A stretch of 59,830 nucleotides of DNA, the filler included, from Squatina squatina (Eukaryota): NCBI GenBank assembly GCA_031763465.1. It is 3 parts of 2 records of this genome, joined end to end, with 100 filler letters (N's around TTAATTAATTAA, not from the genome) between each part and the next. Parts side by side here need not be neighbours in the genome. Positions count along the whole stretch, not along the records: positions 17,154 to 38,937 come from JARFOE010000016.1; positions 39,038 to 59,830 come from JARFOE010000016.1; 1 more part is not named here. One strand, 5' to 3'. Below are positions 38,327 through 51,384 of this stretch, piece by piece. Below the pieces are notes generated by a model. That model saw nothing but the letters and a program-made list of their open reading frames with translations. It searched no databases and had not been told where the DNA came from. The position numbers and the translations under genes are program-made. The first letter of the stretch is position 1. Each line of letters starts with the position of its first letter.

Positions 38327-38479
38327 ATTAAATCAGACAAGCTTCCCAGCAAGGTGATCTACAGTATTAAAGGACCAGGGGTCGATGAAGAGCCAAAAGG
38401 AATCTTCACCATCGACCCTGACACAGGACTTGTCTTCCTGACCACAGTGCTCGACCGTGAGGAGAAGAGCAGTTACAAG
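38327..38479 (+). CDS. CDH15: CDH15 (M-cadherin) exon, EC1
   Basis: caacag|IKSDKLPSKVIYSIKGPGVDEEPKGIFTIDPDTGLVFLTTVLDREEKSSYK|gtagga, compared with recalled human IKSDKQQLGSVIYSIQGPGVDEEPRGVFSID. Confidence 0.92.
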
Positions 38480-38558
38480 GTAGGAAACCCGAGTGGGTGA
38501 CCAGAACCTGCAGCGGGTCAGGAAACCTGAGCTAACAGACTGTGTTTGTTTTACACAG

Positions 38559-38703
38559 ATCAAAGCTTATGCTGTCGGTGAGACTGGAACTCCACTGGAA
38601 GATCCCACAGATCTGGAGATCATTGTTATCGACCAGAATGACAACAGGCCCACCTTTGACCAGCCGTATTTCATCGGGCATGTCCTTGAGGGTTCAGCTC
38701 CAG
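38559..38703 (+). CDS. CDH15: CDH15 exon, EC1/EC2 boundary
   Basis: After a 79-nt intron: IKAYAVGETGTPLEDPTDLEIIVIDQNDNRPTFDQPYFIGHVLEGSAP(G)|gttagt, with the DQNDN calcium motif and CDH15-like LEDPTDLEI. Confidence 0.92.
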
Positions 38704-38937
38704 GTTAGTACCATGGGATGGAAGTACATCACTTGGGTTGACACAGACTGAAGTGGTTAAAATGTACATCAATGTGTCTCTTCCAGTAGCACCAGCTGGT
38801 GGGTGGCCTGCGCAGGCCCTCCCGGATTAACGTGCGGACTCGCACTTTAGGGGAACGTTGACGTCTTGCCTCTTGCATTTGGTGTCCATCTTTCACACTT
38901 CAAAAAACAGAGGCAAAGCCAGTCATTTTACATAAGA

Positions 38938-39037
38938 NNNNNNNNNNNNNNNNNNNNNNNNNNNNNNNNNNNNNNNNNNNNTTAATTAATTAANNNNNNN
39001 NNNNNNNNNNNNNNNNNNNNNNNNNNNNNNNNNNNNN
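38938..39037. other. Artificial scaffold linker N44-TTAATTAATTAA-N44
   Basis: Same structure as 17054-17153; the 12-mer is at 38982-38993. Confidence 0.95.
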
Positions 39038-39457
39038 AAATAATCCTCAAGTTCCTACATAGAAAAAATGATCGATTCCATTCTCCAAAATCAAAGGAGC
39101 AATGAACCTCGTTTGTGGCCAGTTATTTTCATACAAGATTGACAGCCCTCAGAAATCTAATTTCTCTGCTCAAACCAGCAGGTGGTGCCAGATATACTTA
39201 CTGAAGGCAATGGGACTTGTCAATTGGACACGTACGAAGGGGTTAAGGGAAAACGTCAGTGGGAACAAGAATATACTGGAGAGAAACAAGTTCACATTCA
39301 CTTTTCAGTCATGGTAAATTGCATTCAGGTTTGAAAGAATCATAGAAATGATAGCACTGGAGAAGGCCATTTGGCCCATTGGGTCTGAGGCAGTACTAAT
39401 TCTAATTGGAATTGTGTGCTCTAACCCCACTTCCCTGCACTTTCCCCATATACTTGA

Positions 39458-39557
39458 GGGTAAATTTCAAAATTCAAGCTACAAGTGAGCAGCCTTGTAA
39501 GTGTTGCACTTGATTGTCCAACTATTATCTGGCAGCTTGAAGTCAGAAAATTAGCCC
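39458..39557. mobile_element. 100-bp palindromic MITE-like element
   Basis: Left GGGTAAATTT..TTCAAGCT versus reverse complement of the right end GGGCTAATTTT..TTCAAGCT. It directly follows an antisense CR1 tail (39337-39452). Confidence 0.5.
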
Positions 39558-39769
39558 TATAAAGTAAACTACAGGGCAAAAACTTATACCTACTCCACAA
39601 AATTTAACACATTTTTAAAAAGGGATATCGGTAAAAGATTTGTTAATGTCTTGTTGAGGACTCTTGTTTTGATAGTGAGACATGACATGTAACAAAAATA
39701 TCGTAAATCTGACCTGGATCATTTTAAACCCATTCTGTGTATCAACAATATCTTATTGAGGTCGGAGTT

Positions 39770-40612
39770 GATTTGAGTGGATTGGAGGGAGGCTCATATG
39801 GTGCCTTTACTTAAGAAGCAATCGGACCCTGGGAATTAAAGGCCTGTCAGTCTGACATGAGGAAGCTGCTGGAAAGCATTATATGGGAAGTGATTTATGA
39901 TCACTTGTAGAGTTCGGCAGTTATTAGGGATTCCCAGCATGACTTCAGGAAATGGAGGTCCTGCATCACTAACTTGATTGAGTTCTTTGAGGAAGTGGGC
40001 AGAATAGTGGATGCTGATTGTCCTGTTAATGTTGTATATGTTGATTTCTAAAAAGCCTTTAATGAGGTGCTGCTATTGTAAAAGATCAGATCACATTGGA
40101 TTATAGGACAGATATTATGCCGAATAGGTAATTGATTGAAATCTTCCAGGCAGAGGACTGTCAGTAATGAGAGTGCATCTGAATAGGACCTGTTCACAAC
40201 TAGAGCTCCACAAGGCTTCAAGTTGGGACTGTTGCTGTTTATCATTTATATTAATTATTTGAATGGGGGAATTAATGAAACTGCTTGTAAATTTGCAGAG
40301 AAACAGAGGTGTACACAGGGAATAGTAATTTAGACCAAATCAATAGGTTGCAGGCCAATTTGGATATGTGTGTGGCAGATGTCCTTCCATAAAGACAAAT
40401 GCAGTATCATGTGTTTTGGGTTCAAAATACCAGGTGTGATTATAGCATGAGAGAATATCTAGTAAAGGTTATACATCAAGAGAGGGAGTGAGAGACTTGA
40501 AATCATAGTTAGTAACATTACAAGCACCGTGAGGTGGCTATAGATAAAGCAAGTAGAGTTTTTAGTTAGGACCATTGAGTATAAAACAAAAAATACTACA
40601 CTTAACTCCACA
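39770..40612 (+). mobile_element. Highly decayed CR1 LINE RT fragment
   Basis: Remnants of VPLLKK..PGN.RPVSLT, SQH.FRK.RSCITNLIEFFEEV, DF.KAF, PQG..LG.LLFIIYIN, CKFA. Confidence 0.82.
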
Positions 40613-40617
40613 AGACA

Positions 40618-41185
40618 TTGGCCCACAATTTCCTGAAAACTTGTGCCATGGTAATGCTACATCTACATAGTAACCGCTATTATGGTGCAGAAATTCCTGG
40701 AAATTATGGCTCATGCCTTTCACTTGCACCACACCATCATTTTCTGATGGGGAGAAATTCAGGTTGTTTGAACTTAGGGGGCACTAACACGGCACCAACG
40801 ATTTCTCGCCTGGGGCACGGGGGCGCTACCAACTCCTGCGAAATTCCACGGGGATTAGATGTGGTGCTAACCGGTAGCACCCCTCTCCTGCCAGGATCAG
40901 CCACTGGCTGCTGCGCCGGCAATGGCGACGTCATCACCAGGCGCGGCAACCCTTTGTCGCCCTGGAGCGAAAATTCAGCAGTACCCCATGAGGCCGCCAC
41001 AGGTGATGTCCACGCCAGCATCGCAGGTTGTGAGCCAGGCTTCATGTCCGCTTACGGGGCGAAAATTAAAGGGTGGGTGCGGTGCTGATATTTTTTCAAA
41101 TGGCCGACTTACTGGTCGCGGCATTGCCCTCTTCAAATCGGAAGGGTCCGCGCCGCAATGCTACCGACACGGCACCCCGCTCCCC
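40618..41185. mobile_element. GC-rich MITE-like repeat(s)
   Basis: GC/CpG-rich non-coding block with ggggagaaattc / gaaattcc ends and aaaattaaaggg / ggcattgccc internal motifs, also seen in 14777-15433. Confidence 0.45.
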
Positions 41186-41187
41186 AG

Positions 41188-41360
41188 TCTTCTTCCCTTT
41201 TTAGGCAGTCCCTCGAGGTTGAGGATGACTTGCTTCCACTCCGGTTCTGAGGTGACTAAATAGTCCTATATGGGATCCGCAAACTCTACCACAGGTGGGG
41301 CAGGTGGTATTTGAGGGGGTGAGTGGCTGGGATGCTTGGGTTTTTGCACGCTCCTTCCTC
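41188..41360 (-). mobile_element. RTE (BovB-like) LINE 3' end
   Basis: C-terminal zinc-finger remnant TCPTCGRVCGSHIGLFSHLRT and tail gaagcaagtcatcctc..gagggactgcctaa. Confidence 0.8.
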
Positions 41361-44300
41361 NNNNNNNNNNNNNNNNNNNNNNNNNNNNNNNNNNNNNNNN
41401 NNNNNNNNNNNNNNNNNNNNNNNNNNNNNNNNNNNNNNNNNNNNNNNNNNNNNNNNNNNNAAGTGGTCTGACCAGAACGCTTGGAGTCAGAAGCAAGGCC
41501 TTCTCCACTTCCTGCACCGCTCCCTATCACTTCCTGCACCGCTCCCTATCACCTCACCAACTTTATTTAACTCTAGAAAACTCCAAACAGTTCCACAAAC
41601 TTACACAGAACCAGTAGAAATCAAAAAACAAGTTACCTGAAAGTTGGTGATCATTCCTTTAAATACTTTAACTGTTGGGGGGTTCTTCCTGCTGCCGAAC
41701 ACATGTTCAGCTGTGCGAGGTTAAGAAAGGGCATGAGCTCCAGCAATGCTGACAAAAATGGCAGCGTTGCACACTGGTTGACGTCATGATCTGCCTACTT
41801 ACCATACTCCCAGCACACGCTCTTAATGGCCTCTCTACCACCCTCACCAAGGTGACGGCCTGCACAGCCCACACCAGAAATGCGCACGCACTTCTTGCAC
41901 GCCATTTTGGTCCCAACTCAGCACCCGTAGTGCCCAAACAACGGGGGCTACACAACAGAATTTCTAGGCCTATATTTATACTTTACCTCAAAAATACAGA
42001 ATTGGTGCTTTTTAGCAAATGCCGATCATATAGGGTTTTTTTCTCATTTGCTTCTAAACACAATATTACAGGAATCTATATTTCTTTATGCACTACCTAA
42101 AACTGACTGCTTAAAACACATCAGTGGTTTCGCCATATTACTGATAACTTTAATATAGCATAAAAGGCGAGTGTTTAACATATAAATAGTGTTTTATTTA
42201 AATGGTTATAACCACATACTTGGATTTTTTTAAATCACTGAAGGTACCAAAATTAAAACCTACATAATATACACATTTTCCTCCTACCTTCAAAAGCCAC
42301 AGAAAACATGGGCTCTGAACCCAAGACCCTGTTTCGAATGCTAGGTCCCTGAATAATAGTTTATCTGGGCTATTATCATTTCCTCTATTCCTTACCTCGT
42401 GTATGAGAATTCTGTCAAAAATAAATCTTTTCACTTTTGTGTCATAATCCCGTGTCTCCTTGTCTAATTGAGGACATTAATTAAAGGAGTGAAATTATAG
42501 CTCATTAAGGATTTGGGACTTACCGAGGGATGCTGTTTCCCTCGACATAGAATCAGCATGCAGTTTGAAAGTCTTCCTTGGCTGCGAGTCAGTTGTTAAT
42601 TCAGGGCAAATAAATCAGCAATCCTGATCAGCTGTGAATGTTTGCCTTCTTTTCTCTCCATTGAACACAATCCTGCAGGGCATTGGCAAAAGAGGCAGTC
42701 AGTCAGAATGGAGCACTGAGGTCAGCATAGATTTTAATCCTCATCTGACAAATTAGCTCTCAACTAACAAGATAACTATGATTTTAAAAGGCTTGGGGCT
42801 CGAATTAATGCATACAGAGATATTTTCAGAATTGTTTTGCATTAGGTACGAAAACAGAAAATATTAGTCTCAGTTAATTTCGACTGTGTTTCTCAAGTTA
42901 GTACTCCTTTATAAAATAGATAATGTGAAATTTTGGCTCATAAAATCCAGGGATGTCAAAATTGATAACTGACTTTGGGTATTTATTTGTTTGGGTTGGA
43001 TTTTTGGAATTTCTTGTTGATTGCATTTTATATTTGTTGTGAATTTGTCTGGAGACTCAAAAGTATCCTTCACCCTCATGAATTGCCGACAATAACTTGA
43101 TGAGTCCCAGAATTTACGACGTCGCATTTTTCACAGGATTCTTCAGTGATTCAGGTGAGACAATTTAATTTGACAGAAAATAATTCCTTTGAAATAATTT
43201 GCAAAACAACATGAAAGATGCAAAGTAGATGTTTGTTAGATAGTTCAACACCAGGCATTAGGCGACCTTGAAGCATCCATTTATTTAGGGCCATAGTTAC
43301 ATAATAGCTACATAATGAGATCCAATGGGGAAGCCCATTTCCTAACCAATTATATCACAGATGCCAGAACATCTGTGAGAGGTAGGGTAGAAGCATGTTT
43401 AGATTTCAAATATACACTTAAGAGTTATATTTATGGCAAGGACAGATGCTCTGAAAAGTTTGAAGTGCTATGTGCTGGAAAGCATTTTAGCACTTGAGAA
43501 ACAAGAATGAGGACACAGTGGTATGACCTGATACAACATTACTCAACCAGCATCCAGAATTCCAAACATTCCAACGTGTCCTACTGATCCTCAGCTACAT
43601 CTGTAAGGCCCAATTGGTGCCAGATGGAAGTCCTGTCATTAATTTGCTTTTCAGGCAAAGGACCTGCATTGAAAATAATCTGAGAGCCTGCCTCCTCAGA
43701 ACCTGTTCCAACCTGTCTCCTCAGGACCTGTTTCAACCTGCCGCAGATAAAATTGTGAATGTGTTACAAAGCCTTTTCCTATGTCTGTAAAATNNNNNNN
43801 NNNNNNNNNNNNNNNNNNNNNNNNNNNNNNNNNNNNNNNNNNNNNNNNNNNNNNNNNNNNNNNNNNNNNNNNNNNNNNNNNNNNNNNNNNNNNATTGCAG
43901 TGTAACATACACCAAGAGAAAGCAACAAAATAAACAATGTACCAGAGGAGTGATCGAACCTTGTTGGTTGTCAAAAACTGCTTAGGTGGTCCCTGGATAA
44001 AATGTGTTCTGAAGGGTGTGAAAATGACACAAGCATTCTGTATTTGTACATTATGTTGGTTGAGCTTGTGACTATACAGCTTATTCTGCGCTGCTGCCAT
44101 TTTGTGTAAAAATATACTCTTTTCCTNNNNNNNNNNAAACTTTAGACAAGATAAATATGTGTGTTGCGGCATTTGGACAAATCCATGGAAAAAGTCTCAG
44201 CGAGCAGTGGCTGAAATTCAGTAGGCTTACATGTTTATTGAATTATGAGACACAAAGCTGCTTTTATTATGATGACATAACTCAACAGGAGGTCTGTTAT

Positions 44301-47300
44301 TCATGGTAACTTAAGTTTTTTCCCAGGTGTTTCAGTTCACCACTTAACAGGAAATTACTTTTCACACCTAATTTAATTTTGAGGTACCCACCATTTAAAT
44401 GTACACTGTGACCCTTTAATGACTAACACATTGTAAGCAGATCAATTGCAATCTCACAGTGGAGCGGCAACTAATCAAGTGACAGCGAGTGCCTCCTTTC
44501 ATTCACTCCCATCTCATGCAGGTGTCTTGCAAAGAAGTAAGCATTTTTGGGGGTGGGGAAGTTGGCCCAGTGAGCTGTAAATTTAAATGAAGTCGACGAG
44601 ATTTTTAAAATAATAGTTTGCTAAGTATATACATCAGTACAGAAATAATATGGAAAAAGCAAGTGTGCATTAGCAGCAAATGGTGAGATTGATCCTAAAT
44701 TATTGAAACAGTTTATCAATGGGTATTTATTTTTGTTTGTAATCAAGGAAACAAGTGACATTGGGCTCAGNNNNNNNNNNNNNNNNNNNNNNNNNNNNNN
44801 NNNNNNNNNNNNNNNNNNNNNNNNNNNNNNNNNNNNNNNNNNNNNNNNNNNNNNNNNNNNNNNNNNNNNNGGCAAGGGGAAACTGCCAATTCAGAAATGT
44901 GCAAAAGAGGCACAATGCTTCAGAGCAGCCAATCGTTTTTGATGGATGATGGGCCGGGGTAACTTTAGAGAAGGGAAGTGGTTGTGTTGCAGATTACTTA
45001 CAGTATGTAATCATGCCAAAGGTATTTTGAATCACCCTTAACTAAATTCTAATCTTCCCACCTTGGGCTTGGACAAAAATCAGAAGATAATGCAAACACA
45101 TTTGAAATTCATTTCATGATATACAAAAACATTAAGGTAGAAAAGATATTAGCAAATGGCCAAAACTTAAAAAAAATATCCATGTCACAAATCGAAAGAA
45201 TGTAGCAGCTACTGGAGTATTGTTAATTGAGGTATCCTTGCTAAGAACATTAATTTGGTGTGGTTTTGGTTTAAAAATATTTTGGTCTTGACACCCAAAT
45301 TTTGAACTTAGGAATCACCTAATTATTCACTCTCTTAGCCAAACGGATGTGAGTGCTACAGAATAGCTTAAATTACTCAACGATAGCTTTGTTGTGATTT
45401 TGATCTCATTGACAGCTCCCTAAGCGTTTAGGCCAATCATTCTGAGCCATGGTTTGTTTAAAAAAAAACACAAAAAAAATTCCGGTTGAACAGTAAGGAT
45501 AACAAGAAAATGTTAATGATGGTAACTTTATAGGACTTTTATTAAAAGGTTGATCAGTAGTCGCTGCATGGTGATATGAGAATAGATGGGTCATACTGTC
45601 AGGAAACACATTTTACTGGTTACCCTACAGGGGCAGAGGTCATTTGTGCTTTCAATTCTCTATTAAATCATGACACATTTTTATTCAAATGGTCTGGGTT
45701 GACTTGAGAATATTCTTCTAAAGCATTAGATGCCGTAGGGGAGGTTTTCCTGGATTTAACACCCAAATAGCACCTGAAAATCTGGCGCTATGCACAGGAA
45801 AAATGGGTCTTTTTCTTCTATTCCATATCTGAATAGCACTGTAGCTGAATTTCCTGTATGGCTTTTCAGGTGGTTGCACCTGACTGCACTGTAAGAGGGA
45901 GCAGGAATGTAAATGAGGTGGAAATAAATGTCACACTGCTCAGGTTTCCGACTCTCACACAAAGTGTAGCTGAATACTAAACTGCTCCCGCCCACCTCCC
46001 AAAAATAACAAACAGGTACTATCGCTTCCAGAGTTGCAGTTTAACTGCTGCCTGTCTGAAAGGGACAGGCTGCTTTTGTCAAGAAAGGTCTTTGGACTTT
46101 TGAATCCAAAATGGCTTTATAGCTTCAGAAATCATTGCAGAATTCTGTAACTTTTTTTTAACTCATTGATGAAGGCAGAAGAGGAGCAACAACCATAAGC
46201 CCCCATAGTAATGGCTGACGATATTTGCCTGGCCCTATCAGAGCCACTATCAGCTGCTTCACTAGCAAAGGGCAGGAATTATCCTTTCACCTTTCCATAT
46301 AATAGCTCCATCCCACAACAAGACAAAGAGAATCTTCACAGTCAAATCCGCACTCTCTCTTGCTGTTCCCAAATCTTCTATGTGCGTGCCTGCCCTTGTT
46401 TTCCACATTTGTATTTAGTACAAAGGCACAAATGGAACCATGATTTGAGTTCCAGCAGTGAATTATTAAATTACTGTGTTTGTGTGACTGTACACTCTTT
46501 CTCACCATGGTGCATGTCTTTTGCTCACTGTTCCACATTTCAGGTCTTGCTACTGGTCCCTCATAAGCTGTCTGAGCATCTTCCATTTGGAGTTATGCCT
46601 ATACTGCCCAATATAAACTATACAATAGCATAACCCAGAGCTGATTTGAACTGGATATTGAGTCTCTCGCATGTGCGCCTCGACAATCCTTTTGAAGGTG
46701 GATAAGAAAACACAAGTTAAGTTGAGGGTAGAACAGAACGTCTACAGAGCAACAGTTAGAATTGGGCTCACTTGGTTTAATCAGTACAGCTTGTCTTTGC
46801 GTAATAATACAAAATAAAAGAACTTACAGGCTTCCTAACATCAGTGGAGTGTTGTGCTTAACTTAATTAATTTCAATCTACCCACCTGCATCCTAAGCTT
46901 CTGGGATGGCACAAAAGCAGTTCTCTGGTTAAAAACCTGACAGCCAGTTTTGATTCTATCCCTATTTTTATAAGTCTACTCACAACCACAGGGAAGAACC
47001 TATGGCAGAAAATACCTGCTGTGTGCCTGTGACCAGTNNNNNNNNNNNNNNNNNNNNNNNNNNNNNNNNNNNNNNNNNNNNNNNNNNNNNNNNNNNNNNN
47101 NNNNNNNNNNNNNNNNNNNNNNNNNNNNNNNNNNNNNNNNNNNNNNNNNNNNNNNNNNNNNNNNNNNNNNNNNNNNNNNNNNNNNNNNNNNNNNNNNNNN
47201 NNNNNNNNNNNNNNNNNNNNNNNNNNNNNNNNNNNNNNNNNNNNNNNNNNNNNNNNNNNNNNNNNNNNNNNNNNNNNNNNNNNNNNNNNNNNNNNNNNNN

Positions 47301-47404
47301 NNNNGCCTACTCCTTCACATATTTTCTATGTTTCTATGTTTCACCATCCGCATTACTTACACATGTAGAAACAAAAGAAAGTCCTGAATTTATCTAACAC
47401 CTTA

Positions 47405-47718
47405 TTCCATCCAAAAACGCTTCACGTACAATGAATTAATTGAGGTGCAGTGACTTTTCTCATGTAAGCAAATACAGCAGCCATTATGTGCACAGCAAGA
47501 TCCCCACATACAGCAATGAAACAGTAGGAACATCCCCATGCCCCCTCTCACCTGTTCTTTGATTAGTGTTATAGGACCTTTAATATTTACCTGAACCCCC
47601 AATAACTTCAGTACTGCACTGAAGTGTCAGCCTACATCACGCTCAAGTCTTGGAGTAGAGTGTAAAACCTACAAGCTTCTGATTCAAAGGCAAGGATGCT
47701 TTTGACTGAGCCAAGCCA
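47405..47718 (-). mobile_element. Deu-domain SINE (SacSINE1/AmnSINE-like), internally deleted
   Basis: Antisense tRNA-like head (cttggctcagtc..atcagaagcttgtagg..cttgagc..aggctgacacttcagtgcagtactga) and Deu core (cattgctgtatgtggggatcttgctgtgcacataatggctgc). Confidence 0.75.
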
Positions 47719-47729
47719 ACCTTCTAATT

Positions 47730-47850
47730 ACATAGAATTACATAGATTAACAGCACAGAAACAGGCCATTCAGCCCAACTGGTCTGTGCCATTGTTTATG
47801 CTCCACACAAGCCTCCTCTCACTCTACTTCATCTAACCCTATCAACATAA
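47730..47850 (-). mobile_element. CR1 LINE 3' tail, antisense
   Basis: catagaattacatagattaacagcacagaaacaggccattcagccc. Confidence 0.75.
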
Positions 47851-50800
47851 GGTAAATGAGATCTTCCTCAAACATTCTGCCTTTTTAGCGAGTACCTATG
47901 TGTTCTGAGTAACAGGACTCCAAACCCATTGGTGGCCTTCTCCACTGCCTTTGCTGGGAAGGCGACACTCCCTCACCCATTCCTCAAGCTCACTTGTGCT
48001 CTGTACATCACTAAGTACACTCTCCAGGGGTGGATGTACCTAAGCTGGTGAGTCAGTAGGGTAAAATCAGTGATGGAGTGCTAGGCATGCTACCACCTCT
48101 CCCTAGGTGACTGTTAAGTCCATCTTGGAAACTCTGCGTGTGGGACCAGATCTAAGCACACTGACATGGTAGCTATATAAGCAATGAATTATACATTTTA
48201 TGCAAAAGAATTATGAACCAGGGAGAATTAAAGTAACGAGCAATGGTTAGATGTTAATCTAGTAATACATGTGCTTTATAAACTAGAACATGAATTTCTT
48301 TGATAGGTTTCTTAAACATTTTACTGGAGAAGATATATTACTGTGCCACAGGTCTCTGAGTTAATAATGATGCAGGTCACCAGGGAAAGACAGCTGCTGA
48401 ACACTAACTTTCAGTAATGCAAAACCAAATGAAGTATTCTACAATATTTTGAAGTTATATCCTCAATGGGATTCACACTAAAAACCTATTGATTATTTCC
48501 TCACTATATGTCAAATGGCAAGTGACTTATTTGAGTGGCATGGCAATAATGCAAATGATTTTCAAAGAGCTGCTATTAAAACAAGCAAATTGACTACAAA
48601 TGTTATATAACAGTTAATATTCAGGATCATGACTCAATGACTTTTCACCCGTTAATTGCTGGCCATTTAATATTTGGCTTGGAAATTAATAATCTAAAAC
48701 AATTTAATCTAGTTGCTAATGTTCNNNNNNNNNNNNNNNNNNNNNNNNNNNNNNNNNNNNNNNNNNNNNNNNNNNNNNNNNNNNNNNNNNNNNNNNNNNN
48801 NNNNNNNNNNNNNNNNNNNNNNNNAGTAAACTCTATTGGACTGAATGATGTATGTTTATTTGTAGTGCTGACAGTTGAATGCAGTTGTGACTAAAATGCC
48901 TCTGTGGCTGTATTTCTGTTACTGGGCTGATTTTCTGAATGCTTGCTCCAGGCGTGGAACCTTGCCAGCGAGGACCACATATTGGGAAATACAGACGACA
49001 ATTGCCCCAATTTTCTGTCCATTACTTTTGCAGGGGCCAGAGCTTATACTCTTTGTTGTGTTAAGCCCACACAACATGAAGTGGCCTTCCTGAGGGAGTC
49101 TGACACTACTCCCCTTTCATAATCAGCTCAGCAACTTACTATACTATGACTTCTGTAGCTGTGCAAAAATGACAGTATAACTGCCCTGTTGACATGAGTT
49201 TCCACTCGCAAGTGTCTTTCGCCAGGTTTTCCCATTTGTAGTTGTTTTCCTTCTTTCATAAATAGACCACTGCTGGTCTTTAGTTAAAAGTGGTGCAGCA
49301 GATGAGATGATTTTTAATGGGCTTGAACTTGTTTGTTTATCTCTGTCTCTTAATGTTTTACCAAATATTTCAAGGTTTTTTTTTTCAGTTCAATACAAAG
49401 TTGCTCCTTTTGGCTTTGTTAGGCTGGGGGAGATGCTGTTGTAATTGTGACTAATTGAACCAGATCTTATTTTGCAGGGATGTTGAAATCATAGACTGAG
49501 CACAATAGCTCAAAGTGTCCCACAAGATACCAAGTCCACGTGTGAGCTATGCTTGTGGTACATGCTCCTTAAGACCGTGATCCATTATTGTGAGTCAGGT
49601 AATGAAGATTGTAACACCAGACAGCATGAAAAGGTGAGGACCATTTGGTAAATCTATATAGAACATCAGCAACTGTTGATACTGGTGGGGATGGCTTAAA
49701 ACCGTGTGTTTTGTATTAAGTGCAGCAGCAGAGGCAGCGCTGGTTGTATTGATTTCATAATTGGAGGGGGGTCATTTGCGTGATTTAGGGGATAAGAGAA
49801 AAAATATATAAGCACATGTCTGAACACACACAGCTGAGGAACTGGGTAATAAATAATAAATTAAATTGGTTAAAAAATCCCTTCAGTTGGCTTTGTTTAT
49901 TAGTAGATGTCAATGGTCCATTTAAGGGTAAATTTTGCAAGGCTCTGCACGAGCAGCATCACTTTACAAAACTTACTTTTGTAACTTGATATGTTGTGGT
50001 GCCAGCTACTGTACTTAATTTACTTAAAAAGATTAAACCTCATGAAGAAATTTGTTTTATTTTAGTGATAATTTTGCCATCTATCAGCCACATTTATTTT
50101 TGANNNNNNNNNNNNNNNNNNNNNNNNNNNNNNNNNNNNNNNNNNNNNNNNNNNNNNNNNNNNNNNNNNNNNNNNNNNNNNNNNNNNNNNNNNNNNNNNN
50201 NNNNNNNNNNNNNNNNNNNNNNNNNNNNNNNNNNNNNNNNNNNNNNNNNNNNNNNNNNNNNNNNNNNNNNNNNNNNNNNNNNNNNNNNNNNNNNNNNNNN
50301 NNNNNNNNNNNNNNNNNNNNNNNNNNNNNNNNNNNNNNNNNNNNNNNNNNNNNNNNNNNNNACCTGTGTTTTAATTGCTTTCTCATATTTTAGACCAAAC
50401 ACATCTTAGCATCACGAGAATTATCTGCAGTTTGTATTACTCTGATGGTAATTGCTCATAATTTACCCATCAGATTATTTTCTATTTAGTGGGCCTGCAC
50501 TCCTCAACCCTAGCAGAGATGGGGAACATGTCCTTTACTCACTTTCATTACTGCCAGTTTCTACATGAGATCAAAGGGATACAACAGTGGACTTAAGAGT
50601 TAGATTTAAGCCATTTACACAGTGGCCAAAAACCAGATCAATATATATTGATTAGGTGTACTTATAAAAACAGATAATTCCTATTCTAATAGAAAGTTAT
50701 TTGCCAATACTAACATGAAATGAACTAAGTAAAACATTATGTGCTTTTCAGTAAATACCCAGAGTACAATATTAGAGATGATTAATATGCTTTTTCTGAA

Positions 50801-51384
50801 TGCTTCATATTACATAACTGAATTAATCTGATATTCCAGAAGCATATTTATATCCTTTTTGCTTCATTATTATATTTGTATTTTCTTCAGCTTTCTTTCG
50901 TTCCCATTTATTTATATTATTTCCTGGAGTACTTTCAATTATACAGTGAATTTCCTATTGACTATTGAATTGAATGAATGTTGAGAGTCACCCAGTAATA
51001 TGACAGGTGTTTAATATACTTGTCTCAAAGCTGTATGACACACTCTATAACCTAACACTATGTATGTCATACTGGATTACATTGGCAGCTGTATACCAGT
51101 TGTATAGCAGCTGTATTGCTATCCCCTTTTCAGTCATGTCTTCTCATAGATGGGCAACTTTTAGGCGAGTTTTTAAACATTACCTGCATTAGCTCTTGTG
51201 AATGCTGATGATGCTGTGATCCAGTTACTAATGTAGATGATAAACTTGGGACTTTTAAGCCTTGTACTGTATGGAAGCCATGATTGCTATCAGATTTTAT
51301 TACACAAGATGCCTGCCATTTTGAACAGGAGGAATAATTTAGAATTTTTTTTTTTAAAAAAAGGTTACACCCTATTACTGAAGC

